Assembly (NCBI RefSeq): GCF_000002075.1
Contig: NW_004797285.1
Location: forward strand, 1,653,232 to 1,717,231
Direction of reading: 5' to 3'
Length of the DNA: 64,000 nucleotides
Source of the DNA: Aplysia californica
Lineage: Eukaryota
The position numbers were made by a program, and so were the translations under genes. Within the stretch, counting starts at the first letter, position 1. The number at the start of each line of letters is the position of its first letter. Shown here one piece after another: positions 49,008 to 62,374 of the stretch. Below the pieces are notes generated by a model that was not told where the DNA came from, did not search any database, and saw only the letters and a program-made list of their open reading frames with translations.

Positions 49008-49324
49008 TTATTTGCCTTCAATATGTGAATCAGAACTCTCTGAAGAGGAAACTTTGAGTTGTTCTTCAAGTACCAAGTCTGTAGCAGTTTTACCAGTAAC
49101 TTGTATTTGGGAAAATTTCTTGCTTGGAAATTCAGTGGCTGCCATCTCTGAATCCCTGAACATGAAAGGGTGCCAAATTCCTTGAGTACTTGGGGTTTCT
49201 GTGTGATTATTTTGGATCATATTGACAATTTGCACCCCTGACCTTGTACGCATGTGTTCCACCCACTTGCAGATCTCTGGAACTTCTTTGCCACTCAGAA
49301 GCATAACTTCTCTTCGGCCATTTA
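49008..49324 (-). CDS. MRPL43: MRPL43 coding exon 3
   Basis: acag|TAAATGGC...; stop TAA at 49010-49008. Confidence 0.93.
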
Positions 49325-52300
49325 CTGTATACATGGAAAGAAAAACAAGCAAAAAAAATTAAAAAGACAAAAATGTATTTTTAAATGGAAGGCTAATTGA
49401 ACAGTACCCTTGTCAAGAAATTCCCAAGAAAACAAGCGGATGTGCAGTCCCTTTTCCTCAGAGTTCACCTGTTTCTGAGAAGCGACTACCTCAGATGAAA
49501 ATCTACTGTGCTGGTCATCTTGCTTGAGAGTGAGCAAATACATAAATGATTGAAACAATAAAGGGAGAACTTCATACTACAAGAAATCTCAGCAATGCTT
49601 TGTGAGGATTTTAGATGACAAAAAGGAATAGATCAAGGATTATAAAAGAGTTCTTTAAAGAACAAAATAACCGAGAAAGTGACATGTATGCATATTATTT
49701 TATATATATGATCATGTACATACAGCAGTCTCCACCTAAGTACCCACCGCATACGATCCCGATTCGCTTGAGATCTCACTGTTTAAAGAAAGCAAAATTT
49801 TTATGACACAAAAGTCACCCCTAAGATCCCGCTCTGAAGATCTACATTACATTCACCTAAGATCCCCCATTTCAGATCATAATTTAATTCACAAAATTTT
49901 TCCCTTCGTGCATTGGGTAAGATTCTGTTCACTTAAAATCCTGCATTTTCCTTGCTCCCACCCGAGCACCAGGATCTTAGGCGGAGACACACACACACAC
50001 ACACATTACATTAGTACAGCAGACTCATTTAGCAAAGAAGATCTTTGTATGCACATGTAAATGTTGTTCCTTGTTGGTGGTGGTGCCATGAGGGTGAACA
50101 TAGCTATTTAAATAAAGCCTGTATGTCACGACGCTGTGGAATCAGGCGCTCATCAATTTTTGGACATGTGGAGTTATTGGTATAATTTTAAAGCATGTTC
50201 ATTTGTCTTGCTTTCGGTGGAAAAAAATACTCATCTGTCATGAACAGATGTCAAGATACTTATGATTGAAAGAGATGGTGGTCGCCTGGTTTCAGAGGTA
50301 AAACTAGCGAGAAAATGGTTGCCAAAGTTTGGTGACTTCCAAAGCTTGAGAGTCCTTAGAAACTGCAAATTTACCTTTTTATGCCTTAAATCAACATTTT
50401 TCAGTAAAATACACACAGAAATGCGTTTAAGGACTTTAAAGGTATTAAGTCAAAAAATTCGATAAAAATTGTCAAATAGATAGAAAAATGTCAGTTTCTT
50501 CGATTTCATTTTGACGAGCGTCTGATTTCACCACGATGCCTCACAAATAATATAAGTTAAGTTGTAAGAAGCAGTAGAATAACAGCCTGTTTCACATAAT
50601 ATATTTTAGAGTAGTTTGCCGAGGTGGTCAATTAACTAACAATCTATGCCTTCACCATACCTGCCTTGGCTAGAAAAGAAAAATGAACAGAAATAGAAAA
50701 TAGTACAAGTCCCATCATAAAGGCGCCTTTCAAGAACCGATAAATTAAAGCGATGTGATGTACTCAGGTCATCCAGTTTATTTTCATCCAATCTTCGGCA
50801 ACTAATGACAGTAGGGGCTGCATACTAGCATGGCCACTTCGATAATTTTTTTTCATGCTGCCATCCATAACCTTCCTTTGAATTCAGTCACTTAAAATTA
50901 AATCACAGGGAAGGAGATCAGTGTAATGAGTATTCGAAATAAACGTCGGGGTAACTTACAAAATTCAGCAACAACTGATGGGGGCCGGTGTCGTCTTGGC
51001 TGCAGGTAACATACCACGCCAGGGTTTTTCTGAGTAAACTCAAGAAGGTTGTTCTCAATAAAATCCCTGGGGAAATAAACTGAACACTGAGCATACCTTA
51101 TTGGACAAGAAACATTTTGATTCTAAAAATCACCTTGTATTAACCTACAACACATTACATATTGTCTTTGTCACAACCTGGAGAGTAAAACCGCCTAAGA
51201 ACCTTTTTTTACTAGACAGAGAAGTATCTTGAATAAAGTCTCATTTTTGTACTGGTCTTTATACCCACATTTTTATTTGATTTCACAAGACTGAGGTTTC
51301 GCTTGACTCTGGAGTCCTAAGTGAACCAAATCTTGTGATATTTTCCCAGATGTTCTTTTTGTAGTCCTGCATAAAGTGAGAAGATTCTTGAAAAGTATGA
51401 AAATCTAGGTTACATCCTTGCTTTGTGAAGTTTTCATACCCACTAATTTTTTTAATTTTCACCACAAACTAGGACTAATTATTTGTTTTAAAGGTCTAGA
51501 AAACAGGCTGCAGAACTAAACCAAAGCTGCTCTGTCAAAAAAGAGAAGACTAAACCAAGAACTCCTGAAAGTAGAACATATATAATGAAGAATTCTGTAA
51601 TGACCTACAGATAACTAAAATTGAACTTTTAGGAGTGTGCAGTAGAAACAAGGCTGTCATCTGAATTAGTATTTTTAATTGTTTACACACACACAACCAA
51701 CTCGGAAATGTTTTCCTCTCGACCGATTCGGATTGTCCATACAACTTTTTGAGCAGTCTTCCTGACAAACTTTATGACAGCATTTCTTTACACCATTACT
51801 TCAAATACTCTAAACAAAAGTGATAAACACAACACCGGGAAATTAAAAACTAGAAAGTAAAATCAACTATCTTTTTTTGTCTTAGTACAGGTTTTGTCGG
51901 CGTTCCCAACTGCATAAGGTTATATGAGCGCCAAGGGGTGGATGTCGACAGAGAAGTCCTTACAGGGAATCAGACTTACTCTGCTCACCTCTGTAGCTTC
52001 AACAGCACAAAGTCTGCTTCGACTTCGACTATCAAGTCACCCCAGAAGTAGCGGGTCACAAGAATGTGACAACATACAACAGAAGTAGAGGAAAACAATG
52101 ACGATAGTAAGGATTAGGAAAGAAAAAGCAGCAGTTCCCTGTTGCGGGCGCAAATTCCTCTGTGGACAGATTGGTGGTTACCCAAATTATGAATGAGTCA
52201 AACACTTTTATCAGATCAGTCTCTGAGATGTGTTTAACTGCTTGTTTAATGAGAGTAAGTAGTGTTGAACCGTGGTTATTGTAATGATATGGAAAACTGC

Positions 52301-55300
52301 CATTCATTTCTGGTTTGAAAGTCTTAATCGGCAAATGAATGGCTATTTCCAAGTTCCACTTGATGAGAAGTCGGCAAAACTGACTAAATTTATTACCCCT
52401 GAAGGAAGGTTCTTCTACAAACTGTAACAAACGCTTGTCGCAAGGGATCTGCTCGGTGAGCAAAATTTTTCAGAGGACGATAGAACAGATTTTCGGTGAT
52501 CAGGAGGGAGCAATTTGTTTCCAGAACAACATCCTTTTTCACAGCAGAAACACAGAGGAGAACAAGAGACACTTAAAAGAAATCTTTTCAAAGCTTGAAA
52601 ATGCCGCTGTGAAACTGAACCAAGAAAAATGCGAGCTGAGAAAGGATGAGGTGAAATTCTTGGGGTTCATCATCAGCAAGGATGGGACCAGACCGGATGA
52701 CGGCAAGACGTCAGCAATCATCCAAATGCCAGACCCCACAAACCTGACTGAGCTGCGCAGAATGCTGGGTTTGGTACAATTTGCCAGACGTCACTTCCAA
52801 ATCACTCCACAGTTGCCCGCCCCTTGACAGAGCTACTCAAGAAAGAAAGAGCGTGGACATGGGGTCCATCTCAGATTGAAGCAGTGAAAAAGGTCAAGGA
52901 ACTGTTAACAGAAGCACCGACGCTGGCATACTTTGACCCACAACTGCTAACGACAGTGAGTGCTGATGCCAGTGGCTATGGCCTGGAGGCTGTGCAGCTG
53001 CAAAAGCATGAAGAGGGCGATCGTCCAGTCGCTTTCTCATCCGGAACACTGTTAAAGCCAGAAAAGCAATACGCACAAATAGAAAAGGAGTGCTTAGCAT
53101 GGGCGTGCGAGAAATTTGAGAAATATCTCATCAGACTGCCAGCAGTAGAGATTGTGACACACAAACCCCTAGTGCCTTTGATTAATACGAACGATTTATC
53201 AGACACACCTCTTCGATGCCAGAGACTGTTACATAGACTGCAAAGATTTAATGTGACTGCCAGATACGTTGAGGGCAAGAAGATGCTGGTGGCTGACGCT
53301 CTCAGCAGACACCACTAGCAGATGAAGACAGAGTCACATCAAGACGTGCACACACATGTCAGAGGGGTAGAGGCGTTGTGGCCAGTCAGAGAAACAACAC
53401 TTGAAAAGCTGAAACAGGCGATGAAAGAAGACGTCAAACTGAGCTGTGCCATGAGCTACACACTGAATGGATGGCCTGCATAAAAAGAAAATGTTCAACT
53501 AGCAGCCAGAAACTTGTACGATATCAGAAGCGAGCCGAGCGTGCAAGATGGGCTACTGTTGAGGGGGAAAAGAATTGTCGTCCCATTAGAGATGAGAAAA
53601 GAGGTTCTTGAGAAGATTCACCATGGTCATATGGGAATAGCTAAATGCCGAGAGAGAGCAGCGCAGTCAGTGTGGTACCCACAGATTGGGAAAGACATAA
53701 TATAAAGGAAAGAGTGGCAAATTGTCGACAGTGCTTGGAAGAGAGAGCATCCCATCCCAAAGAGCCTCTGCTTCCAATGCCGCTTCCCAAAAGGCCATTT
53801 GAGAAGGCAGCACTTGACCTGTTTGAAATGAAAGGTCGGTCATTCGTTGTGGTCACCGATTGCTACTCATGTTATTCAGGAATTGGGTACTTGCCCAACC
53901 AGAAAGCCTCAAGTTTAGTCACGAAACTGAAAATCTTCTTTGCGAGATGTGGCATCCCAGAGACAGTAGTCAGTGACAATCAGATCAATCTTACGTCACA
54001 CAAATTTCAACAATTTGCCAAAGACATGGGTTTCCAGCATATTACCAGTTCCCCACACTTCCCCTGTGGGAACGGAGCAGCAGAGTGCAGAGTCAAACTG
54101 TCCAAGCGCCTGTTAAGGCAAGAAGACTGCGCTCTGGCACTGTTGATGTACAGAGCTACGCCAATACCAGGGCTGGGTGCTAGTCCGGCAGAGCTAGAGA
54201 TGGGGAGGAAAATGAAGATGACGGTCCCAAAGCTTCCCACAGTCATACAGCCTCGCACAGACGACACGCATCAGCTGCTCGAAAAGGACAGAGCCTACAA
54301 GCAGAAGCAAAAGTCCTATCATGACAGACACTTCAGAGCTCTGGTCTTGTCTGAGCTCAGACCAGGTGACGCGGTTTTCGTCAAACTGGACGGACAACAG
54401 GGCTGAAAGCAGCAAGCCAAGGTAGTAAAGCAGTGTGCACCCAGGTTGTACCTAGTGGAGACGACAGCAGGCGGCGTGCTGAGGCGGAATTGGCGCCATC
54501 TTCTGCACCGACCAGAGGGAGGCGACAGTCTGAGGTCGTCGTACATCCAGTTTCTAGCTTTGGAGTCCTCGGAGGTAAATCAATCTCTGATTTCTACGAA
54601 CGCTGATCCAGTCCAACCGCCAAAGCCTGGAGGTAACAGAGGAGGTCTTCCAGAGCAGCCTCCACCATCTCCATCATCGCACATGTCCATGGAGCCAGCG
54701 ACGTCAAAAGTGCAAAATCAACAAGCGACATGTACAACTGCAGTGCAGGCACCGCAATTCAGCAGAAGCGGCAGAGCCATCATTAAGCCAGCACGTTACC
54801 GAGATGAATGAATGATGAATGACAGTGTTCCATATCATTATGATTATATACAGTTATCAATCAATTTTATGGACCTCCTACTCCAAGGACTGCCCGGTAC
54901 TACTGAGCCTACTAAACAAATTTAATAGTTTAATTTTTAAAAGCCCAAGGCCAAGAGCAAGGGATACATACCTTTATGGGTAATGATTTAATTTCTCACT
55001 CAACTAACTATGTACATCTATTATTAACTTGAGCCTCACTGTTACTATGCCTCCGCCGAAAGTTGTCAGTTAGACAGGTTAGTTATTAAAAATTAGCATC
55101 ATCAGTATCACAATAAACTTACGACAAAATAACTGACTTCAGTTTCAGTCAGAATCAGTATCCAGTGTGTGTAGCCTATTCTTTTCAAATTTTCGATTAA
55201 ATTTTAGGTCACTAGATCTAGAATCTAGATTAGATCTAGACTAGATCTAGCTAGAATTCTAGATGTATATCCAGGCCCTCCTGTACAATTGCGGTACCGT

Positions 55301-58300
55301 TTGAGGATACTCGTTTTGACCTTACCAACGATTAGGCCTACTTCTGGTTCTAAACGATTACTTTTTGATGTGTGTGCTGATAGGCCTGGAGAGATAGCCA
55401 ATCAAACCTATTGCAATTTAACATCAAATTATGGTCCAAATTCCCCTTGCTTCCTTGTTAATTACAAGTGAAGTTTTACTGCTCATTTTGTAGGTAAGAT
55501 CAACTGATACACAGCGCACCGGCAGTGGAATTTTAGTTGCTGTGGGGGGTTCCCCGCCGGGCGCCTTATCATGTCGGGGTCACGGGGGTCAGCTCCCTGT
55601 CGCCACTCTGTCTGGGCCGACTTAATTTTTTGTACTTTTCAACATACAATTTAAGGTGTATCCTTGTATTTATGGTAATTCTCATTTAGTGCAGCCAAAG
55701 CATGCATTTCTGCTCTTGAGACTAAAAAAAGAACGGACGTTGTAACTAGTCTGGTTATTTCGTTAGACGCGCTGGAGTCGGCAATGCTAAACTGTAATTT
55801 TTTTTGGACTAGCGTGAATGAAAAAAAATCAATATAAAGAAAAGGCCTCGTCAAAATCTGTCGAACTTTTGGAACATGAACGACATAGCATTGGTGGAGA
55901 TACTCAGAAAAGATGGTATCTGCGCATTTAATAGAAAGCTGTAATTTTGCAACTTTATCCATCGGGCACACAATTCGCTATGAAATAATTCCTCCAAATA
56001 CAACTTTATGTGTCTAATATATATAATCGTGAATATTCGCATATTTTCTCGAAAGTTTATAAAAGTCACCATGTTATCTAACACACGAACAGCATCTGTT
56101 ACACTCCAGAAATTCCTTACTTTTCTTAAAACGGTAAGTCTAGGTTTTGTTGACTGAATAATAGAAGGGATGACTTGTAATTGGGTTATAAGAATAATTT
56201 CTAGCTTTCCAGGGACACTGAATCAGCACCAGACTTTTCCAGCTTTATTTTTCGTTTCTATGACCATTTGCAATAACTGACAATGTGACTGATTTCTTTA
56301 CATTCATAATTGTGTCCGCGCATATTTCCGACACAAAAACTAAGAATGAATGTGCTAGCTGTCATTATTTTTATTCCATACAAGAAGTTTATCTCTACCC
56401 ATGTATTTACACGGTTTTGTGGTTTTTTTAATCGCTTAGATTCTATATTATATCTTTTTAGTTGTACGCAGGCTGCCACAGATACAGCATGATTCATGAA
56501 CAAACGCAGAGTAACTTTCTCTTGTTTAATAGTAAAATAAGAGCTAACGCTGATCGTCTTTAATTAAAAAATGCGGATGTGCATCTTTCTTCTCTTATAA
56601 CTTGACTATTTCTACTCGCGCAGATTTAAGATTTCTCATGGTAAAAGACATGATATTCGTAGTCAGTTTAACACAGATTTTGGAGAGATCTGTCGTGCCT
56701 TTTTTAAATTAACAATCATTTATTCTCATAAGTTTGTAACTAAAATAGGACAAATTGGGTACTCTACAAACACTTGTCTAGAACACAAACTAAGGCACAG
56801 AAATGAACCATTCTAACGCAGAATAAATCTCAAGACATTGAGCTTTTAGTACATCTGTGTAATGGTTTGCTATGTGGGATGGGGTAGAAGTTATATCGTT
56901 TTAAACATAGAGTCAAAAATGCGAATTTCCTAACCGACACCGGCAAAGTCGCTTCAGGGCTCATTAACCCCGTGACCCCGAGCCCGGGAGCTCCGGTCTG
57001 CTGATGAGTCACGCGAACTAAAAGCAACAGAATCGGCCGAAAAGTGACGCTGTGGATAAAACATCGATACCGCATTTAAATCAGTATCGATATTCAGTAG
57101 TCTTTGCTTGTGTGATTTAGTGCTAGATCTAGATCTAGATTATCTAGATCTATCGGGACCGCAATTGTACAGGAGTGCCTAGTTCTGGACTCTTGTCGAG
57201 ATCTAGATCTAGAGTAAAATTACCGGTTCGGTCAATATTAGGACAAAAACAGGCACGTTGACTTTAAAGCTTTACATCTCCTATCTGCCTTGCCCTAGAG
57301 ACAAACCAAAACCAGCTACAGGAAGCCCTGTGATTGGATGACCCCAGGAATGACCTGTTTCAGCTTGTTCTCATATTTGAGGCCCTTACTGGGTGCAAAA
57401 GTGACGCCCGATTTATTTACATGTTCGGTCACATTTTTATGGTTTTCTCATGGATTCGGGTAGTATTTTGACATTCGGTCATTTTCAATCAATTATTATC
57501 ACATTTGTTTCTTTGCAAGCTTAAAAACATTATTTTTAATGCTTGTTATCAACACTTGGGCACAATGATAGTTTGTCTAAAGTGGTTTTCACCATTTATA
57601 GCTATTTTAATGAGAATGTATCTGACCCACTCTACTACGTGGTATCTGACTCTACTACACTGGCATCTGGCCCACTCAACTACACTGGTATCTGACTCTG
57701 CTACACTGATATCCGACTGTATTACACACTGGTATCTGACTCTACCACACTGGTGTCTGAAACCCCCCAATTCTGACATTCATCATTACTCTGGGTACAG
57801 CCCCAATTCAATTGCAGTTCGTTCACGCTTGCCCCCTTGCTCCGCTACTCCGGGTTTAGCCCCAATTCAAATTCAATCAATCACACTCCGCTGTTTGTAG
57901 ATCTTTCTAGGCCCCATGAAACTGAAAAATAGCAGACAGCGCCGCATTCACCTCTCTCTTCCACTTCCAGTTCCCCAGTCCGGGTTTGGCCCCACCTGCA
58001 GACAGCGCAGCGGCGCATTCGTTATTGATCGCCTAGCGACTAGCGATATTTGAGTACTCTTGGGGCCAAAACCGGATTATGTATTATCGATATTTGAGTA
58101 CTCTTGGGGCAAAAACCGGATTATGCACGCTGTTTTGCTAAGTTGATGAAGAAAAAGCTGTCTTAAGGACTATTTTTAGCAAAATATCGCCGTAACTGTT
58201 GTTTCAACGAAAGTAAGGGAGGTTGCTTTAGGTTTGTGTGCCACTCTTTTGGGGCTAGATTTAAAAACAAAGTTTTAAACGATTTTTTTGTACTTCAGTG

Positions 58301-59420
58301 CCCGACAGCTAAAAAAAAACGTGCTGCCCGACCCGGTACGATTACTCTAGATCTAGATAGATCTAGATCTAGATCTAGCTCTTAGATCTAGCGGGTCAGC
58401 AGAAAGATTCTCTAGATTCTAGATTAGATATCCAGTAGGGCTGTACCCCGGTAGCAAACCCGCTCGTGCTCACAAGCCCCTAGTTCAAGTCACAAGCCTC
58501 AAATCACTAGGTCAAATCATCAAATCAAATCACCAGCATGATAAGTTGAGTCTAGCGCAAACTGTAACCTCCTTGGTCTAGTCAACTTCAAGTCCAGAGC
58601 AACCAGCAATCCGCGAAGCCACTCGTGTCAGGCCCCCTCATCATCCCCACCCTGCTTGCAATCCGCGAAGCCACTTACGTCAGAAAAAGAAAGAGGAGGA
58701 GAGTGAGAGATCTCGCCCACAAAGTCACTGCGCGGCGTGGCGCTGTAGTTTACACGATTAATCGAAGGCCCGCGTAAGCCTCAAGTCCTGTCCGCAGCCA
58801 CAGGCCCCACAATTCACACAGTACTGATTTGCGCTAGGCCTAGAGATTTGCCCCGGGACAAGCTCGAAACCTGACCTGCTGACTTGTACTGTCTCGATAC
58901 ACCGAGCGAGCGGCATGGGCTCGATGGTGTAGGACCGTCTTGATGGCGACAAGACAGTCCGATGTGTTCAAACAGCAAGACAGTACTGCTCGCTGTGTGA
59001 ACTTTGAACCGTGGAGGAAGGGAGAGGCTGGGCTTGTTTTGGTGCAAGGCGTAGAGAGCTGAAGTTATTTTTAACTTCCCGCCGTTGATCAGCTAAGCGA
59101 ATGGATAAGTGAGAGGGAGCGTGGTATTGCAGTAACAGAGACCTAGGTTTCTGGTAGTAATAAGAATAAGTTGACTTAGATTACCCTAAAATGGAAAACT
59201 CCAGGGGTCGTTGTGACTGGCTTTTGTATCATATGTATGTAACCAGACCTGCCACTCTATGAAACCTCAAAATCAGGAACTCAGGGAGCAAAAATCAGGA
59301 TTTGGTGAAAAAAAATCGGGATCAACAGCAAATCACCAAGGTGACTGCCACAGCTGACTTAAAATTTTTCCAGGGGTGTCCATAAATTACTGGCCTATAT
59401 GCCCTCTGAGTGTGTTTGTT

Positions 59421-59490
<70 letters not shown>

Positions 59491-62374
59491 AGCGCGCACG
59501 TGCGTGCGAGTTATCATTTTTTTTGGTGTAAATCCTGAAGCATCACGTCAAGCACTCCTAGTCCAAGTGTCTATACCCCCCACCCCAACCAATAATTCCC
59601 GAAATACATGAACTTAAGTTGACCCCGTCAACGGACGGTCCCCGACACGCAGAACTCACACAGCGATGTCATGTCACGTGACGCAAATGCGCTGATTGAA
59701 ACAATTTTATTAACGGGTCCGACTAACTGCGCGTTCACACAAAACTCTCAGATGAGCGACAGTCGTTCTACTTCTAGTACTCTATGATAACAACGGCGGC
59801 CGACCGCCCAATTGTACCAACAAATCTCTTATCCCTCAAAATGCGTTCAGACTAAAGCAACGACAACGGCCGTATGTTAGTCTTGTCAGCGCAGTTACAT
59901 GTAGTTGTGTAAGGGTTAGAAAGACTGTTGTTCGTCTGAGTATTTGGTGTGAAAGCGCAGTTACCAGACCTCGGACAAGGCTTGTTTTGAAAGTAGCAGT
60001 GGAAGTACGAATATTATCGATTATTTGTATGTCCCAAATAAATTGTTATAGTTACCAGGCTATCATCGGAGAATTCTGAGTGCGGGCAAAGATCACACAC
60101 AACTTGGGGCGAGTCAATTACATCGATATTTCGAGAAACAGTGCTCCGAGTTCCTACTGACAAAAAGTTCAACGGGTGCTTCCCGCGATAAAGGAGAAGG
60201 CAGAGTAAGTTTTTAGAAAAATCCGGCACAACAGCGGACTGGGACAAAAATCGGGATACACGCGATCGAAATCGGGAAAATCAGGATGCTTGAGATTTGG
60301 GGCAAAAAATCGGGATATCCCGACTAAATTGGGATGAGTGGCAGGTCTGTGTAACCTATTTTGTAGATGTGTTACACTCACAGTGACATAATACAGAACA
60401 TTTAGGAGACGGGCTAGGCCTACTTCAACCCAATGTAGCAATGCCAATGAAAATTTAAATTTTCACTTTTATCCCCTTTTTTTGGTACCTAAGAAAGAAT
60501 TTTCAATTCTAAGAATTATGCTTCTTGAATTTTGAGAATCGGTTCAAAAATAAAAAAGTTATGGGGTTGTAAAGGTCGGCAAAATATGGATGACCCACAT
60601 AGGAAAATACTCCTAAAAAGTGGACCACGCAGTAGCAGATTCTGTAAGAAAATCAACGGTATCTCAGTAACTAATCGGAGTGTTCGAGAGAAACTTGGCT
60701 ACCCGATGTGTTTTTGAGTGTAGAAATCATTTCTGCAGTCAGATTTACTACCAATTTCGTAGTTATTTTGTTATAATTAAAATTGTGGTGTACATATTAC
60801 GTTTTTGTGAAAAAGGGGTGTCGGGATGAGTCCATTTTATTTATAGCATCGTATCACAACATGGGATCTTTAAGAATATGTCGGCAGCGTGACTAAATAA
60901 TTGCAAAGCTTTTTATGATGACTTTAGACCATGCCAACCTTAAAAGATAAGTTAATTCAATCTAGCATGCCGTACAATTAAAAATTCTTTTTCCCCGTTG
61001 AGACGCGAACACCCCGAGACGAGATTTATAACCTCACCTCGGAATACCCCCATAGCGATGTTACAGGGGAATAGAAAGAAAAACAACCGGATGCGCGCGC
61101 CCGCCATAGGCCTATTTCAAGTGACCAATGAACGGGCCCGGAATAGTCATGCGGGGATTTGTAGGTCACATACATTTGCCACGAGAGTGAGGGGAAAATG
61201 GCCGGTCTCCGTGCGAAGCCGCTTTGGATAGGGGGGTAGTCGTGCATTTATGATCGGGTCTAAACAACTACTTGACACAGAATGTACAAATTTGAGCACA
61301 CTATAGAGGATAGATAGACCTATTACCATCTCGGCGTTGAAATTCAAACTCCTTATAGTTTTCGGTGTACACGATACGAAAGTGTTCCCGACACCAAAAG
61401 TATAGGTTAATTTATGTGTACGAACTTCAAGGTCCACATATCATTAGTTTGCCCTATTTTCTGATTGGTTGCCGAGTTTCATTCGGATTGGTTTGGAAAT
61501 AGAGCAGACCGAGGTTGACAAAGTTAGTCACCTACGCTTTGGCCGGGTCCGCAAAATCGCCCGTAAACGGAGACCAAATTTTCACCTCGCGGGAAAGCCC
61601 GATTGGCATTGCTACCCAATGTCAGGGCCAACCTGGGCTGAGACTACGCCCCAGCAGAAAGACGGAGGTTCTCAGTAAAAATTTCTCCCCATACGGGAAT
61701 CGAACTGAAGTCTTTTGCGTGCGATGATGAAGCGCTTGGCTCGTGCACATTAAAAATAAACAGGCCTTAACATCATAAGAATAGCCGATCCAATATTAAT
61801 TTTTAAGTGCATTGAATAGAGCTTTTTGTTTTTTACAACCGAACTATGAAAAAAACCCCAACCGATCTTGCACTTTTGGTGCAAGCCTCTCAACGCAAAT
61901 AACCAGAGAATCTTCTGTAATATGTACTGAGCCCACTGCCACGAGAGTTCGCGACGTCACGACACAGTACAGTAGGACTGTCCGCGAGTCACAACTCACC
62001 AGAAGTTCCCTCCGGTAGCAAGCGGGAGGCAAATCAAACCACAAGCCTGCTCACAAGCCTCTAGCCTAGCGCAAGACGTCCACTGATTTGCAAGCCTTCG
62101 ATTAACCCTAATATCCAGTAACTTACAACCTTGTCCATTACTTAGTAACTTAGACTTCCTAAGTGAGTCTCAGTTAAATTAATCTAGATCTAGATCTAGA
62201 TATCTAGAATCTACTAGGCTGGATCTACAGTTCAGAGTCTCACCTCATGTGCCTGCTTCCTCCGTGGGATTTGCAGAATCTGAAGGTTATTCGTTTGAGT
62301 TGACACACGTAACGGCCGACACCATTTTGTAGCACATTTTTCACAAAGTCTCTGGGAATTGCATTGTTTGACAT
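49008..62374 (-). CDS. MRPL43: 39S mitochondrial ribosomal protein L43; exons 62374-62244, 51066-50960, 49324-49008; 184 aa
   Basis: [85 protein letters not shown]...[14 protein letters not shown] matches the family motifs NGxGRYV, NPGVV, VAExLNG and PSxQGxW; GT-AG sites; 555 nt in frame. Confidence 0.95.
50124..50545. mobile_element. ~430-bp MITE family copy (MRPL43 intron 2)
   Basis: same family; has the unoccupied GAGGTAAAACTAGCGAG site. Confidence 0.7.
50960..51066 (-). CDS. MRPL43: MRPL43 coding exon 2
   Basis: ccag|GGATTTT...T|gtaagt, 107 nt. Confidence 0.93.
52320..54811 (+). mobile_element. Decayed Ty3/Gypsy LTR-retrotransposon pol (RT-RNaseH-integrase), antisense in MRPL43 intron 1
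   Basis: [19 protein letters not shown] YxDD-type site read as [52 protein letters not shown]; many frameshifts and stops; no LTR pair found. Confidence 0.9.
55273..57180. mobile_element. Non-autonomous DNA transposon (superfamily unassigned)
   Basis: about 27-bp TIR AGGC(C/A)CTCCTGTACAATTGCGGT(A/C)CCG; TSD unclear. Confidence 0.7.
57617..57760. repeat. degenerate ~22-bp minisatellite
   Basis: unit CTGGTATCTGACTCTACTACA repeated about 6 times. Confidence 0.75.
59244..60349. mobile_element. Non-autonomous hAT-like element
   Basis: TIR CAGACCTGCCACTC / GAGTGGCAGGTCTG; subterminal AAAATC(A/G)GGA repeats; flanked by TGTAAC on both sides. Confidence 0.78.
59409..59486. repeat. (GT)n microsatellite (also at 1-40)
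   Basis: direct inspection. Confidence 0.9.
62244..62374 (-). CDS. MRPL43: MRPL43 coding exon 1
   Basis: ATG at 62374, donor AG|GTGAGA; not in the ORF track because it is short. Confidence 0.93.

Noticed and set aside
51800-55100. Intact LTR retrotransposon or domesticated gene
   Set aside because: Multiple frameshifts and stops, mutated RT catalytic motif, no paired LTRs or intact gag seen.
61683-61740. tRNA gene on the minus strand (GTTCGATTCCC B-box)
   Set aside because: No complete cloverleaf; more likely a decayed tRNA-derived SINE head. The same applies at ~8285-8352.
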